The notes: generated by a model from the letters alone, not told the origin. Shown: positions 1 to 16,716, counted from the stretch's first letter. The stretch: DNA of 64,000 nucleotides from Eledone cirrhosa (GCA_964016885.1 OZ024751.1:33170001-33234000), one strand, 5' to 3'. Translations and numbers: made by a program.

Positions 1-809
1 AAGTAATCCGACCTTTCATATTTTCTCCTAAAATATAGAAACTCTGCATTTAGTGGAAACAAACCAATATTAAAAGCTGGCTTTTGAAATTGTTCTTTTT
101 TGGAATTTCTATTTCATACGACTGGATTGTTAATATAAAGTAATAAAATAATTGATGAAAGCAACAAAGGCAACGTTAATAAATTCTATAATATATATAT
201 CAATGTATAATGAAAATAGAGCGAATGACCAGAGGGAATATTAACGGAATGCTTTAACTGCAATTACTTCATAGATTTATTAAATTTTCTGAAAATCATT
301 TACTGCTGTGCTAGAGTATTTCGAATATTTTTATGATATTTGTCTCAGTTGAGTACTGTTAGAAATGTTATAGTAACAGTTTTCCAAATTCTTTAGATAA
401 TTCTTCTACCTCAATCTAAAACAATGCCTTATGGTAAAAATAGCAAATTATTGAAAGTTCTTAATGCAGTTGGATGATTTACAATCGACTGGCTTTGCCT
501 AGAGTTATCGTAATGTCGCATTCAGCAAATGCTTCTCTATAGAGTCACTAACCGTACATAGACTGAAGCAGAATGATAACGGCTTAATTGGTTGTGACTA
601 ATAAGCAACCTTCCATGCAACTCAATGAAAAAGTTCGGCTTTAACAATCTAAGTGCACATGGATCAGTGGTATTATCTTCTTTAGCTTTCACTATAATCA
701 ATATCGTTTTCTTACAGGAATCTCTCCGCTTAATATTTGCGGCAGATCATGGCTTGAAGACTGAAGTCTAGTTGCAAGTCATTATTGTTGTTGTTATCAT
801 TATTATTAT

Positions 810-855
<46 letters not shown>

Positions 856-2368
856 GATATCATCATCATCATCATCATGATCATCGTATTGTTAGGCTTG
901 GTAGACGGAAGAAATATATATGAAAAGGTTAAGGAAAGAGACGTGGGTGGAAATAAGAAAGTTTCATGTCGAATGAAGTGAGAGAATGAGAGTAACGTTA
1001 CTTAGAATATTAGAGACGATAAAATATCCTGAAACAATGTCGTTAATGATAATGGCTGAGCTAATGAAATATAATGAAACAATGACAAAAGATTATATAT
1101 ATAAAAGGAACATAAGACAAGCATAACAGTGAGAATATATAGAATGATAGAATTAAATGAAGCAAAGGCGATAATAAATATGGTGGAACTTTTCTAGCTT
1201 CATCTTTTGCGTTTCCATTTAAGCTACATTGTTGTGTAATTGGGAAAGTGCTGGAGGGTGGGTTTATATGTAATTGTGAGAGTGACTGGGACATGTAGAA
1301 TACGAGACTATAAAGAACTAAACAAAATAAAACAATACTGCATGGCAGCTCGTATCATATTATCGTAAATATATTATGTCCCTTGTCAAACGTTAAAATC
1401 CCCAAACTACATCATTGTAAATATGTAGCACATGGTAGGGATATCTGGCTGTTTTAAGTAGCAGTGATGTGATCATATACCTTAACACATTCAATAAAGG
1501 CTTAGTCGTTGTTGTTGTTGTTTAACGTCTCATCACATACTGAACTTCCCTATGATCAAATATATTCCAATCTTGGCTATAATTTTCTATGGAGAAACGC
1601 CTTTTACATTGTGTTTTCTTTTATTGAGACGATAGAGTATTATTTGAGGGAAATTTGGTCATTATGTCTACGAGGTCAAAGGATTCACTGGTTGAAACCT
1701 TAGTTAGTTCCCAGCTGTGTCCTATAACCTATAATTGAAGGATGTATAGGAGTCTATAGACGTGTATTTGCTAATAAATTCCAGCTATTATACTAGACAT
1801 TTAACACTTTGCATCGTAAGAGTATCAATTTTAATGAAAAGTGGATTATTGTTGACAACGAAACCCAGATGTCATATGACATCACACCTAGTCAGGTCTT
1901 ACAACTCATCGGGCCAAATGACGGCTCTTCCAAGGTTATTAGTTAAAATATTCCCCCAAAAGAATGTCAGCCCACATGAACCATTATTTTTGGGATTTGC
2001 CTTGACTTGTGGGAAACTGGAAAGAAGTTCTCTTCACACAGGAAACCTAGACTAAATATTTTCAACGGAGTGATATCCACTATAGACAGCCAAGAAAGAG
2101 ATGGAGGTATTAAACCTATCGAAGATTACTTGAGGTATTTCATTTATCGAATATCACCTCACAAATCTCTATGGCAACAGACTGAGTGTTGAAGACTTGA
2201 ATAAATTTACAAAACAACAATGTATGGAAATTTATAAAACAGACAAATATAACAATGAACTATTTTGAGTTGAAGGAAGAAGTTCACTTGTGTATGAGAG
2301 TGTATGTATTTGATTAAATCATACTAGTTGATCGATCATTAGAGAGAGAGAGAGAGTGTGTGTGCGTG

Positions 2369-2477
<109 letters not shown>

Positions 2478-2869
2478 TTATATATATATATATTTATATA
2501 TATATATGTGTGTATATATAGAGAGAGGTGGGGCGGGGGGGGGGGGGGGGGGGCGAAAGAAAAACGAAAAAAGTAAGTAATGAAAGAAATATAGAAAAAA
2601 GAAATCGACCTCAGTTCTCCACTGGTATTTATTGAACAGGAAAAGGATGAAAGATAAATCTGATGTCAACAAAGTTCTTTGTTTGTTTGCTCCAAAGATT
2701 CTACAAATTCCATGCTTTTGTATTGATTTTATCCCCCAGTAAATAACAAAGTCAATTAATACAGCTGTATGGCGGAACGGGCTGAATAAAGAACTTACAA
2801 TTCGATTGTAGTTCTCTTTGTCCGTCGTCTCTTTGTTTGTTTACCCCTCTCTCTCTCCCCCCCCCCCAT

Positions 2870-2911
<42 letters not shown>

Positions 2912-2990
2912 CTCCTCTCTTTCTCTCTCTCTCTCTCTCTCTCGAGAGAGGAGAGAGAGAGAGAGAGATAAAGATATATAATATATATAT

Positions 2991-3021
<31 letters not shown>

Positions 3022-4024
3022 GTCTATAATCTCTCTCTATCTCTCTCTCTCTCTATATATATAATATAAATATATATATGTGTGTGTGTGTGTGTCTATC
3101 TCTCTCTATCTATCTCTCATCTCTCTTTCTCTCTACTTATATTCCTTATATTCCATTTATTTCCTGAATCTTTCTTTCTTATCTTCTCTTTCTAAGAACA
3201 ACTGAAACATATTATGTTATAAACATCATTATCAAACATAGCCTTCTCCTTGTGAAAATTTGTTTCTTCATTCATATATAACTGAAACTGTTCATGTCGG
3301 ATGATGTCCTATACTTGTTTGATACGACGCAATGTTTAAACATGATCCGATGTATTTGTAACCAGAAGTATTTTCCAGTTAGAATATCATTGCTGAGTTC
3401 GAAGGAGAACCGAAATTTATTTCTGTTAAAATAAGAACAACTATTTTCATTCTAAATCTTAGAATTAAATGTCTTATATTTTAATTCCTAGATTTTACAA
3501 GAAAAAAGCCCCATTTATGAATTAAATTTTATGAATGTCCCATATTTTAGTTTCTAAATCGTAGATCACCCCCAATGTTTAACAATTAGAACTGGCACTG
3601 ATTTACGATATAGAACATATGTTCTATGCCGTAGAATTTACGATAAGGAACATACGTTTAAAGGATAGAACGTAAAATATTAAACTTAAGCTTTACGTTC
3701 TAAGGTTTACAGAACATATTGTTCCATTTCTTGTTAATATTTAGAGACCTGCGCAACATGTTTTTTATCGTAAGTCTTAGATAGCTTTACATCGTAGGTC
3801 CTACATCACACCCCATGTCTCAATTCCTAAATTTTAGAATAACTCTACAATAGAAATAATATGACCACAGTTAAATATTCTAATGGAAAGCTTCGTTCAA
3901 TTGATAACCTTGATCTGATAATTATGTTGAAGTGGGGGATAAGGTTGGTAACTAAATTAATAGCAACAACAAAAACAACACGAATAGAAGAAAAAAAACT
4001 ACTAAACTAACAACAACAACAACA

Positions 4025-4076
<52 letters not shown>

Positions 4077-4816
4077 ATGTGCTGCTGCTAATAATACTTA
4101 TGCTGCTGCTGCTACTACTACTACTAATGCTGCTACTACTACTATTACAATTACTACTACTACTAATGTTTCTGCTGCTACTATAATGACAACAATAACA
4201 AACAACTATACCAGAGACATCTAAAGTTTCGTTATTGTTTAGTCAAGAGTGTGAGGATATCGTCTCAAATTAGAATCAAGTCTTCTCAATTAGGATTTGA
4301 GCTGAATATAAATAGACGTATGTTGAAAATAATCAAAAACAGAGCTGAAGGAAAGCCACTTGTATTAAAGTTGATTTCACTCTCTCTTACTTTCTAACGA
4401 ATCCCTATTATTTTCCTGTTCTCTATTCATTGAGTTGGAGTTAGGAAAATATTCCATTCATTATCACTCAAGATTAAACTATGCCTGAAGGATACAATTC
4501 TACTGGGTTCTCAAACATCTTTTGCATACACTTAATGACGACATCCAACAGAGCTCTTACAAATCGAAATCTTCTATTTTACACGAATTCGTGATCGGTT
4601 GAAACATTAACTACGAATATTATGATTCTTGCTCGTAGAGTATAATTTCCATGACAAAAATATTTGTTGTGAAATGTCAATAACTTTAAATGTTTTCGTT
4701 GTTGTTGTTGGCGGTGGTGAGAAGGAAATATAAAATTAATTCCATAGCTGAAATCAAAGAAGAAAATCATTATTAATCAGGGATATTATGATTATTATTA
4801 TCATTTTATTATTATT

Positions 4817-4886
<70 letters not shown>

Positions 4887-5022
4887 TGGTTGTTGTTGTT
4901 GTTGCTGTTTTTTTGCTGTTGTTTTTATTATCATTATTTAAGTTTTCTTGTATTCAGGCCATGTAAGGAAAACACAGGTTTGTGAAGTTTGTGTTAAAAT
5001 ATTGAAAGAAAAATGTAATAGT

Positions 5023-5131
<109 letters not shown>

Positions 5132-5150
5132 GTGTAAATGTATATATATA

Positions 5151-5447
5151 TATTGTTATACTTGGGGGAGGGTCATATTTGCGTAATATTGCCAGAATTA
5201 ATAACAGAACACACTCACTGTTTGGTTGGTTTTCGCTTCTCGCTGTCTTTTATTATATCTGCGATCTAACTTACTCGGTCCTCAATGTTGCCATTGTTAC
5301 CAACCAAATGTTACCAACCAAACAGTGAGTGTGTTCTGTTATTAATTCTGGGCAATATTACGCAAATATGACGCTCCCCAAGTATAACAATATCTGTTTC
5401 GACACACGATTTCATATAAAAAACCTCGCAAAACTAATTCATCGCCG

Positions 5448-5449
<2 letters not shown>
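5151..5449 (+). mobile_element. Small fold-back element between (TA)n runs: ~80-bp inverted arms (5151-5230 / 5313-5392) plus ~57-bp unpaired tail; MITE or truncated PLE-type insertion
   Basis: 'tattgttatacttgggggagggtcatatttgcgtaatattgccagaattaataacagaacacactcactgtttggttggt' is the reverse complement of 5313-5392 apart from 2 homopolymer indels and 1 mismatch. Confidence 0.7.
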
Positions 5450-5498
<49 letters not shown>

Positions 5499-6204
5499 CC
5501 CATTGTGCGTGTGTGTTTGTGTGTTTATGTGTGTGATGGTGTATGTTTTTTCAAAGGCTGCTACAACACATATCAAACTAGAATATATTGGAATAAAAAT
5601 CGAGGATAGAACAATTCTAGGCGGGAAAATAGTGAATAGTGTCGCTTTCAGGAGTTGAAGAATTGTCGTATAACGGAAGTTCATGTTGTCACTAGACTAA
5701 TGAGATTGTGGCTATTCCGGAAGTGGAAGTCCGTATGACCACTACACCAAGGGCGTTCTTACCACTCCAAGAAGCTCGTGTTACAACAACAACAACTAGA
5801 ACAGTATTCTTGCCACTCATTTCCGTTAAGTTAAAGTTCATATCATTTCACTACATCATTAGAATGTAAATTTATGCAAGATTTACGAGGGTGTGGTAAC
5901 TTTGAAGTTTAAGACTATATTTTTTGGATTATTGCAAAGTCTAGCCAAATATATTCTCGAATTTCAAATGATTGAATGCTGAGTTCCATTTAATTTTTAC
6001 CAATTTTAATTTAGTTTTGTAAAATAAATCGATTTTACAAAAATTAAAGTGTGCATTATCTCCCTTAAAACCCACATGTGACATCGCTATTTCTCTCTTT
6101 CTCTCTCTCTCTCTTTTTCCTCCCGAGACCCCTCCCTCTCTCTCTGTCTAACTCTCTCTCTCACACACTTCCGTTTTCTTTCTCGTCTTCTCACTTCTCC
6201 CCCA

Positions 6205-6244
<40 letters not shown>

Positions 6245-6414
6245 TCTCTCTCTCTCTCCCTCTCACTCCATCCTATGTCCCATTACTTGGATGTAAAACA
6301 AAACATAAAAGCTTACAAACCTAACATTGCACGCACACACACAAACTCACACAAGCACATATACACATATACACAAAACTACACATATGTATTTATGTAT
6401 AACATAACTATACG

Positions 6415-6447
<33 letters not shown>

Positions 6448-6736
6448 GTATCAGTCTGTGTATGTGAGTGTGTGTATATATCTGTGTGTGGGAGGCATAC
6501 ATTGATAAATCATTTCGAGGTCAAAATCAACAAAGCGTCTTTCTTTACGGAATGGAGGTTAGATTTAAAAGGCAACGTAACCTCCGCATGAAAGTGTTGC
6601 TTCTATAATCAGCCAGCAGTATTTTACTATGATGTCTCTTTCAGAGTTTCTTTCTAGTCTCATTATAGTTTGTATACACAGACACACATACACATACACA
6701 TGTATATACTATATATACACATATATATATATACAC

Positions 6737-6792
<56 letters not shown>

Positions 6793-6824
6793 TATAAAGA
6801 TATACATACATATACATATGTATG

Positions 6825-6881
<57 letters not shown>

Positions 6882-6992
6882 GTATATATATATCATATAT
6901 ATATATATTATATATATATACACACATACACACACATACACATACATACATACATATATATATATATTTATATATATATACATATATAAATA

Positions 6993-7044
<52 letters not shown>

Positions 7045-8300
7045 AGCAAACCAGCCCACCCTAGAACAGAAGAAAAGGGAAGTTAAATATATCTCTTCGG
7101 ACATATTTATCAATCTCAAACGATTCGTCCATTCGAAATAGATTGCTTAGATGTTTATCGATGTTTTCAGCACAAATTTCATAATGGCAGAGATTACGAT
7201 GAAAATCACTATCGATTGTTTTGATATATATACCAAATATATTCCCATTTTCCTATCGATATATCTTCTGAAAGTGAGAGCATCAATTGAAAAGTGTTAT
7301 AGACACATCCTAGAATCAGTAAATATTCTTGCAATGAATTTTTCGATTAGTTGTACAACTATTGTTCAATTAATTGTTAAAGTCGTTGGTGTATTGTTGT
7401 CTAACCTTAGTTAAACTGAACTAAATGATTGGACATTCAGACCGTGACCACACCATTCATTTTAACCACATTTTATATAGAACTACACTGCCAATGCTTT
7501 TAACGAAAATGGTGTGGTGTAAGCAGAATTGGATAAAATAGACGTTCTTTCTAATATACTAATTAGTTGAAATCACGAACGTCAAACAACAATACAGAAC
7601 TTAAAAGAAAGATATTTTGTGCAAAGGTAAAACATACATATATATAGTATGATACATATGCTATATATATATAAACATATATACACACACTCACACATAT
7701 ACATGCACTCGAACACACACACATATACATATGTAATTTTGAAATGTGGATATCGCCAACGAAGAGAATAACAGTAATATCCATCGGTCACTATAAATAA
7801 CACTTTATAGAATCAGGCAAAATACCCGTAAAGAGAAACGAACCTGCTATCTCTTGTACAGCAACCGAGTGAATTAGGAAGTACGCTAAGACATAACTGG
7901 CCAAGAATCCGTCAAATTTGAGGTACTAAACAGCTTGTTGTTAGTGCTGGAACTAAATAAATTCTGTGACATATCGAACCACCTGGCTGATTTGAAATGT
8001 GGGAATACCAAACGCAGAAATTAATTGCAAAACCAATAGACAGTTATAAATAATAGCTTAGAAAATCCGGAAAAATAACCCTAGAGATGGGGAAAATGAG
8101 TCAGCAGCCACTACGGGTTTATGTGTGTGTGTGTGTATACATCTCTATATATAAATAAGCGCCGATACGTTTATATTTCGTATCTTCTTCATTGTTTACA
8201 TGTAACTGTAAATATATACACGTGCATGTACATATACACACACACACTCGCATATATATATATATGCATATATATATATATATATATAATGTGTGTGTGA

Positions 8301-8334
<34 letters not shown>

Positions 8335-8359
8335 TCACACACATATATATATATATATA

Positions 8360-8394
<35 letters not shown>

Positions 8395-8666
8395 TCATAT
8401 AGACAAGCCAGTATTTTAAAGTACTTTAGATAGACAGATAATAGACACGAATGTCGGAAGCTAGGCCAAAAAGATGATAATGATGTGAGGCATGTTTATG
8501 TAGTAAAGTATGTTGATGGATCGAAGACGTACTTCGACATGGAATGAAAACAAAATGGATTCCGGCGTGATTTGTCAGTGGCGTGAATTTGTGCCAAGTA
8601 TCGTATGTCTAGTTTTCATACTGGAATATACATACCTACATACGTACATGCTTCTCACAGGCACCT

Positions 8667-8727
<61 letters not shown>

Positions 8728-9275
8728 ATATATATATATATGTGTGTGTGTGTGTACATATGCATCTATAAGCGATAACCCAAACAGACTGCCTGGAAAT
8801 TCCTGAAGACAACAAACTAAATTCTTTAATCTCTTTCGTATTTACTAAATTGATAAATAAGATATGACAAAAACTCAGTCAACTTTCTTCGAAATAACTT
8901 GGAAATTAGATTAGATGCGAACAAAGCGAAACTGCTGCATTCAGTAGTATTTCGGTAGAGTAGTAGTCAGGAAGTGCTTAACTTCGTTTTGATTATATTT
9001 CCTTTCCGTCACTTAGGATTATGTTTCATCAAAGAAAAAGCAGACATTGTTGAAAATGGTCAGAAAGAATTCTTGACATGAATAAATTGTTGTTGATCAG
9101 GAAATATCTACCCAAATATTTATTGATTTCAAGCAGTATTTCAGTTTAAGTACTATCGCATGAAATACCTGCTTGAAGAAGAACCTCTTCTGCAGGCACA
9201 AACACACATATATACACAGACACACACATACACACACACACACATATATATATATATGTATATATATATACACAG

Positions 9276-9328
<53 letters not shown>

Positions 9329-9652
9329 GTATTATATCTGTATCTGTGTATATATATACATATATATATATATATCATATATATATATATTATTTTTGCC
9401 ATTTGTCAAGAATAATAATAACTATACACCAAGATTTTCTACGAAGTTTACTTTTCTTTATTAGATATTTATTCATAGAAGAGGAATATTTATCGGGCAA
9501 CAGAAGAGGAATAGGAAGATCTCTCCTCCAACTAGGTGAATATATCATGTTTTAGACACAATATTCCACGATATCAATATAAGAAACAGTTCAATCATAT
9601 TTTCCTGAAATACATGGTATGAAGTATATCCATCAACAATATTACTTTAACT

Positions 9653-10010
9653 CAGAGTTTCTCAAAGTGCGTGTTACTGCCACCTGGGTACGTTGAGAAG
9701 GTCCAATGGGGTGCTGGGGTCAAAGTGGGTAATGAGGTAGGGGGCGGTAGAGATGATATAATAGTATATTATAATATATTAAATATCAACTGTATACATA
9801 TTATACGATACAGTAACAAAAAAAATATATAATATTTATTTTTACATAGTATATATATTATTTATTATATATAAATTAACTATTTTATCTATTATATATT
9901 ATTTACAATTTGCATGTAGGCAGGTCTCTCTGAAAATAGGGTTGGTGGCGTTGAGGGAATTACATGGCTGTGAGTGAGGGCGGCGGCGCCAAAAGTTTTG
10001 AGAACCTTTG
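9653..10010. mobile_element. hAT (Charlie-like) non-autonomous DNA transposon / MITE
   Basis: Imperfect TIRs 'cagagtttctcaaagt' ... 'agttttgagaacctttg' resemble Charlie-type CAGNGGTTCTCAAA ends. The 8-bp target-site duplication ctttaact (9645-9652) / atttaact (10011-10018) matches at 7 of 8. Confidence 0.75.
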
Positions 10011-10429
10011 ATTTAACTGATCAAAACAAATGTAATATGTTTCGTAAGTTAATTTTAATACTCACCATCCATACGTTTGTTTATTATTCTATAACACCTA
10101 TATCGCTTATATCTAATGAATGTGATAAACCTTCTAATGGGATCTATCATAAAATCTTACATCAATACTAAGCATATTTCTGTAGTGATACTTAAAATCA
10201 TGTAATGCCTATTCCTTTACATGACGAGGTAAAACCTCGTATGCTTCTATCGTAATACTTTTAACCCATACTTATTGGATAGAGAGGTTATATCCAGCTC
10301 TACCTTCCTTGTACTAACTTAAAGTTGGTGGATGAAAGTTGAAATGGAAGTCACTCAGAAAGTATTAGATCCTGTTATATAGCGGCATTATCAAATAAAC
10401 ATTCCGCAAATTCCCCAGTATCTAACTTG

Positions 10430-10488
<59 letters not shown>

Positions 10489-10518
10489 ATACACACATAC
10501 TCACACATGCATATATAC

Positions 10519-10718
10519 NNNNNNNNNNNNNNNNNNNNNNNNNNNNNNNNNNNNNNNNNNNNNNNNNNNNNNNNNNNNNNNNNNNNNNNNNNNNNNNNNN
10601 NNNNNNNNNNNNNNNNNNNNNNNNNNNNNNNNNNNNNNNNNNNNNNNNNNNNNNNNNNNNNNNNNNNNNNNNNNNNNNNNNNNNNNNNNNNNNNNNNNNN
10701 NNNNNNNNNNNNNNNNNN
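10519..10718. other. Assembly gap (200 N)
   Basis: Run of exactly 200 N, a fixed-size scaffolding gap. Confidence 0.99.
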
Positions 10719-10755
10719 TCTCTCTCTCTCTCGAGAGAGAGAGAGAGAGAGATAA

Positions 10756-10816
<61 letters not shown>

Positions 10817-10832
10817 TATATATCTCTCTCTA

Positions 10833-10889
<57 letters not shown>

Positions 10890-11834
10890 CTATCTCTCTC
10901 TATCTATCTCTCATCTCTCTTTCTCTCTATCTTATATTCCTTATATTCCACTTATATTCCTGATTCTTTCTTTCTTATCTTCTCTTTCTAAGAACAACTG
11001 AAACATATTATGTATATAACAGCATTATCAAACATAGCCTTCTCCTTGTGAAATATTTGTTTCTTCATTCATATATAACTGAAACTGTTCATGTCGGATG
11101 ATGTCCTATACTTGTTTGACACGACGCAATGTTTAAACATGATCCGATGTATTTGTAACCAGAAGTATTTTCCAGTTAGAATATCATTGCTGAGTTCGAA
11201 GGAGAACCGAAATTTATTTCTGTTAAAATAAGAACAAACTATTTTCAATTCTAAATCTTAGAATTAAATGTCTTATATTTTAATTCCTAGATTTTACAAG
11301 AAAAAAGCCCCATTTATGAATTAAATTTTATGAATGTCCCATATTTTAGTTTCTAAATCGCAGATCACCCCCAATGTTTAACAATTAGAACTGGCACTGA
11401 TTTTACGATATAGAACATATGTTCTATGGCGTAGAATTTACGATAAGGAACATACGTTTTAAAGGATAGAACGTAAAATATTAAAACTTAAGCTTTACGT
11501 TCTAAGTTTACAGAACATATTGTTCCATTTCTTGTTAATATTTAGAGACCTGCGCAACATGTTTTTTATCGTAAGTCTTAGATAGCTTTACATCGTAGGT
11601 CCTACATCACACCCCATGTCTCAATTCCTAAATTTTAGAATAACTCTACAATAGAAATAATATGACCACAGTTAAATATTCTAATGGAAAGCTTCGTTCA
11701 ATTGATAACCTTGATCTGATAATTATGTTGAAGTGGGGGATAAGGTTGGTAACTAAATTAATAGCAACAACAAAAACAACACGAATAGAAGAAAAAAAAC
11801 TACTAAACTAACAACAACAACAACAACAACAACA

Positions 11835-11898
<64 letters not shown>

Positions 11899-12640
11899 AT
11901 GTGCTGCTGCTAATAATACTTATGCTGCTGCTGCTACTACTACTACTAATGCTGCTACTACTACTATTACAATTACTACTACTACTAATGTTTCTGCTGC
12001 TACTATAATGACAACAATAACAAACAACTATACCAGAGACATCTAAAGTTTCGTTATTGTTTAAGTCAAGAGTGTGTGGATATCGTCTCAAATTAGAATC
12101 AAGTCTTCTCAATTAGGATTTGAGCTGAATATAAATAGACGTATGTTGAAAATAATCAAAAACAGAGCTGAAGGAAAGCCACTTGTATTAAAGTTGATTT
12201 CACTCTCTCTTACTTTCTAACGAATCCCTATTATTTTTCCTGTTCTCTATTCATTGAGTTGGAGTTAGGAAAATATTCCATTCATTATCACTCAAGATTA
12301 AACTATGCCTGAAGGATACAATTCTACTGGGTTCTCAAACATCTTTTGCATACACTTAATGACGACATCCAACAGAGCTCTTACAAATCGAAATCTTCTA
12401 TTTTACACGAATTCGTGATCGGTTGAAAACATTAACTACGAATATTATGATTCTTGCTCGTAGAGTATAATTTCCATGACAAAATATTTGTTGTGAAATG
12501 TCAATAACTTTAAATGTTTTCGTTGTTGTTGTTGGCGGTGGTGAGAAGGAAATATAAAATTAATTCCATAGCTGAAATCAAAGAAGAAAATCATTATTAA
12601 TCAGGGATATTATGATTATTATTATCATTTTATTATTATT

Positions 12641-12690
<50 letters not shown>

Positions 12691-12840
12691 TAATAATAAT
12701 AATGTGGTTGTTGTTGTTGCTGTTTTTTTGCTGTTGTTTTTATTATCATTATTTAAGTTTTCTTGTATTCAGGCCATGTAAGGAAAACACAGGTTTGTGA
12801 AGTTTGTGTTAAAATATTGAAAGAAAAATGTAATAGTAAA

Positions 12841-12959
<119 letters not shown>

Positions 12960-12981
12960 TATGTGTAAATGTATATATATA

Positions 12982-13276
12982 TATTGTTATACTTGGGGAG
13001 GGTCATATTTGCGTAATATTGCCAGAATTAATAACAGAACACACTCACTGTTTGGTTGGTTTTCGCTTCTCGCTGTCTTTTGTTATATCTGCGATCTAAC
13101 TTACTCGGTCCTCAATGTTGCCATTGTTACCAACCAAATGTTACCAACCAAACAGTGAGTGTGTTCTGTTATTAATTCTGGCAATATTACGCAAATATGA
13201 CGCTCCCCAAGTATAACAATATCTGTTTCGACACACGATTTCATATAAAAAACCTCGCAAAACTAATTCATCGCCG

Positions 13277-13278
<2 letters not shown>
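12982..13278 (+). mobile_element. Duplicate of the 5151-5449 fold-back element
   Basis: Same sequence inside duplication copy 2; the arms match without the homopolymer indels. Confidence 0.7.
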
Positions 13279-13321
<43 letters not shown>

Positions 13322-14027
13322 CCCCTTGTGCGTGTGTGTTTGTGTGTTTATGTGTGTGATGGTGTATGTTTTTTCAAAGGCTGCTACAACACATATCAAA
13401 CTAGAATATATTGGAATAAAAATCGAGGATAGAACAATTCTAGGCGGGAAAATAGGGAATAGTGTCGCTTTCAGGAGTTGAAGAATTGTCGTATAACGGA
13501 AGTTCATGTTGTCACTAGACTAATGAGATTGTGGCTATTCCCGGAAGTGGAAGTCCGTATGACCACTACACCAAGGGCGTTCTTACCACTCCAAGAAGCT
13601 CGTGTTACAACAACAACAACTAGAACAGTATTCTTGCCACTCATTTCCGTTAAGTTAAAGTTCATATCATTTCACTACATCATTAGAATGTAAATTTATG
13701 CAAGATTTACGAGGGTGTGGTAACTTTGAAATTTAAGACTATATTTTTTGGATTATTGCAAAGTCTAGCCAAATATATTCTCGAATTTCAAATGATTGAA
13801 TGCTGAGTTCCATTTAATTTTTACCAATTTTAATTTAGTTTTGTAAAATAAATCGATTTTACAAAAATTAAAGTGTGCATTATCTCCCTTAAAACCCACA
13901 TGTGACATCGCTATTTCTCTCTTTCTCTCTCTCTCTCTCTTTTTCCTCCCGAGACCCCTCCCTCTCTCTCTGTCTAACTCTCTCTCTCACACACTTCCGT
14001 TTTCTTTCTCGTCTTCTCACTTCTCCC

Positions 14028-14085
<58 letters not shown>

Positions 14086-14256
14086 CTCTCTCTCTCTCTC
14101 CCTCTCACTCCATCCTATGTCCCATTACTTGGATGTAAAACAAAACATAAAAGCTTACAAACCTAACATTGCACGCACACACACAAACTCACACAAGCAC
14201 ATATACACATATACACAAAACTACACATATGTATTTATGTATAACATAACTATACG

Positions 14257-14289
<33 letters not shown>

Positions 14290-14560
14290 GTATCAGTCTG
14301 TGTATGTGAGTGTGTGTATATATCTGTGTGTGGGAGGCATACATTGATAATCATTTCGAGGTCAAAATCAACAAAGCGTCTTTCTTTACGGAATGGAGGT
14401 TAGATTTAAAAGGCAACGTAACCTCCGCATGAAAGTGTTGCTTCTATAATCAGCCAGCAGTATTTTACTATGATGTCTCTTTCAGAGTTTCTTTCTAGTC
14501 TCATTATAGTTTGTATACACAGACACACATACACATACACATGTATATATATATATACAC

Positions 14561-14652
<92 letters not shown>

Positions 14653-14684
14653 TATAAAGATATACATACATATACATATGTATG

Positions 14685-14732
<48 letters not shown>

Positions 14733-14795
14733 TATGTATATATATATCATATATATATATATTATATATATATACACACATACACACACATACAC

Positions 14796-14884
<89 letters not shown>

Positions 14885-14890
14885 TAAATA

Positions 14891-14976
<86 letters not shown>

Positions 14977-16196
14977 AGCAAACCAGCCCACCCTAGAACA
15001 GAAGAAAAGGGAAGTTAAATATATCTCTTCGGACATATTTATCAATCTCAAACGATTCGTCCATTCGAAATAGATTGCTTAGATGTTTATCGATGTTTTC
15101 AGCACAAATTTCATAATGGCAGAGATTACGATGAAAATCACTATCGATTGTTTTGATATATATACCAAATATATTCCCATTTTCCTATCGATATATCTTC
15201 TGAAAGTGAGAGCATCAATTGAAAAGTGTTATAGACACATCCTAGAATCAGTAAATATTCTTGCAATGAATTTTTCGATTAGTTGTACAACTATTTGTTC
15301 AATTAATTGTTAAAGTCGTTGGTGTATTGTTGTCTAACCTTAGTTAAACTGAACTAAATGATTGGACATTCAGACCGTGACCACACCATTCATTTTAACC
15401 ACATTTTATATAGAACTACACTGCCAATTCTTTTAACGAAAATGGTGTGGTGTAAGCAGAATTGGATAAAATAGACGTTCTTTCTAATATACTAATTAGT
15501 TGAAATCACGAACGTCAAACAACAATACAGAACTTAAAAGAAAGATATTTTGTGCAAAGGTAAAACATACATATATATCTATGATACATATGCTATATAT
15601 ATATAAACATATATACACACACTCACACATATACATGCACTCGAACACACACACATATACATATGTAATTTTGAAATGTGGATTTCACCAACGAAGAGAA
15701 TAACAGTAATATCCATCGGTCACTATAAATAACACTTTATAGAATCAGGCAAAATACCCGTAAAGAGAAACGAACCTGCTATCTCTTGTACAGCAACCGA
15801 GTGAATTAGGAAGTACGCTAAGACATAACTGGCCAAGAATCCGTCAAATTTAAGGTACTAAACAGCTTGTTGTTAGTGCTGGAACTAAATAAATTCTGTG
15901 ACATATCGAACCACCTGGCTGATTTGAAATGTGGGAATACCAAACGCAGAAATTAATTGCAAAACCAATAGACAGTTATAAATAATAGCTTAGAAAATCC
16001 GGAAAAATAACCCTAGAGATGGGAAAATGAGTCAGCAGCCACTACGGGTTTATGTGTGTGTGTGTGTATACATCTCTATATATAAATAAGCGCCGATACG
16101 TTTATATTTCGTATCTTCTTCTTTGTTTACATGTAACTGTAAATATATACACGTGCATGTACATATACACACACACACTCGCATATATATATATGC

Positions 16197-16229
<33 letters not shown>

Positions 16230-16230
16230 A

Positions 16231-16264
<34 letters not shown>

Positions 16265-16287
16265 TCACACACATATATATATATATA

Positions 16288-16340
<53 letters not shown>

Positions 16341-16613
16341 TCATATAGACAAGCCAGTATTTTAAAGTACTTTAGATAGACAGATAATAGACACGAATGT
16401 CGGAAGCTAGGCCAAAAAGATGATAATGATGTGAGGCATGTTTATGTAGTAAAGTATGTTGATGGATCGAAGACGTACTTCGACATGGAATGAAAACAAA
16501 ATGGATTCCGGCGTGGATTTGTCAGTGGCGTGAATTTGTGCCAAGTATCGTATGTCTAGTTTTCATACTGGAATATACATACCTACATACGTACATGCTT
16601 CTCACAGGCACCT

Positions 16614-16716
<103 letters not shown>

